Shown here one piece after another: positions 63,406-64,000 of a DNA stretch of 64,000 nucleotides. The number at the start of each line of letters is the position of its first letter. Positions within the stretch are counted from its first letter, which is position 1. The stretch is from Balanoglossus misakiensis (taxonomy: Eukaryota; Animalia; Hemichordata), in assembly GCA_040954595.2 (NCBI GenBank), contig CM082590.2:8991764-9055763 (forward strand), given 5' to 3'. Position numbers and translations under genes: made by a program. Below the pieces are notes generated by a model. That model did no database searches and had not been told where the DNA came from. It saw nothing but the letters and a program-made list of their open reading frames with translations.

Positions 63406-63927
63406 AGTTCCGTAGCCCTTCCACTTAGTGAGTACACCCAGCAGGCTTTTTTTCCAGTGTCTCACTATTAATTAATTAATTAATTACTTAAGTAATGAAG
63501 TTGATGAAAAGTTTGTTTCTTGCTGAAGAAATATGCAAATTTATTTATATCTAAAATTGTGCCTTATAAACAAAATGTAGTAACCATGGGATTGGCAGGG
63601 TAGTAGAAGGTACCAGCCCCTAACTGAATTTGTAAAATATTACACTTTGGTATGTCTTTAGTTATAAAACTGTGGTTGAAATCATAAAATAGAAAAGAAT
63701 GGTGTGTTAAGTATGTGTAGACATGTTTTGTTGATTGTTCCTATGAAATAATCTCAGTCTAATGTATTATTCTATGTTTTATACCAGTAATAAAGGTGTT
63801 CACAGTCACATATCACTTTACCATGGCTGATATTGTTACATTCCTTGGTAGATGTGACAGATGTACAGTTTAAAGTTATGTTGTTCATCCTTGTGATGAA
63901 CTCCACAAACTGAATGTATGACCAAAG

Positions 63928-63988
63928 ATGGCGCATTTTGATCCGTTTATGGTGTATCTTATAAGGTTGGCAGAGGATATTGGAGATG
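63928..63988 (+). CDS. First coding exon of a paralogous DED-containing gene (continues beyond window)
   Basis: ATG GCG CAT TTT GAT CCG TTT ATG GTG TAT CTT ATA AGG TTG GCA GAG GAT ATT GGA GAT G|gtgagt = MAHFDPFMVYLIRLAEDIGD. Aligns with FDPFNLYLIKLAADITE of 49776-49668 with the same phase-1 intron; in-frame TGA just upstream. Too short for the ORF track. Confidence 0.8.
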
Positions 63989-64000
63989 GTGAGTATAATT

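Noticed and set aside
63922-63936. YY1-like aagatggcg promoter motif
   Set aside because: It coincides with the ATG GCG start of the DED exon, which explains it more simply.
1-64000. Autonomous transposase, reverse transcriptase, tRNA or rRNA genes
   Set aside because: No DDE, RT or recognisable structural RNA signatures seen by eye; a covariance-model scan (tRNAscan-SE, Infernal/Rfam) would be needed to exclude small ncRNAs.

Overview
AT-rich, intron-containing animal DNA, probably a marine invertebrate (inferred from gene content; species not determinable). By hand-splicing GT-AG exons with consistent phases I reconstruct five complete genes and the first coding exon of a sixth. (1) A PRUNE2/BMCC1-like gene (minus, 1214-20661): DHH phosphoesterase, an 8,965-nt exon and a BCH domain. 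(2) Golgi alpha-mannosidase II (plus, 21427-35415, 22 exons), head-to-head with it. (3) An unusual NLR-derived immune/death gene (minus, 39344-49776): DED, GT-B glycosyltransferase-like domain, coiled coil, TRADD-N-like domain, NACHT-associated helical/winged-helix region with no visible P-loop and split by a ~330-aa NESDD repeat, then ~20 near-identical 28-aa LRRs. (4) A C2H2 zinc-finger gene with a PLDLS motif (minus, 51944-55706). (5) An O-fucosyltransferase-like type II membrane protein (minus, 57392-61371). (6) The DED-coding first exon of a paralogue of gene 3 (plus, 63928-63988), preceded by two tandem copies of the ~500-bp promoter/5'-exon module that also lies upstream of gene 3. Introns hold at least four MITE families; one has been amplified into a 7 x 73-bp tandem array. 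The most novel candidate system is the divergent pair of DED-GT-TRADD-N-LRR genes with a shared regulatory cassette. All domain calls come from motif recognition by eye, not database searches.
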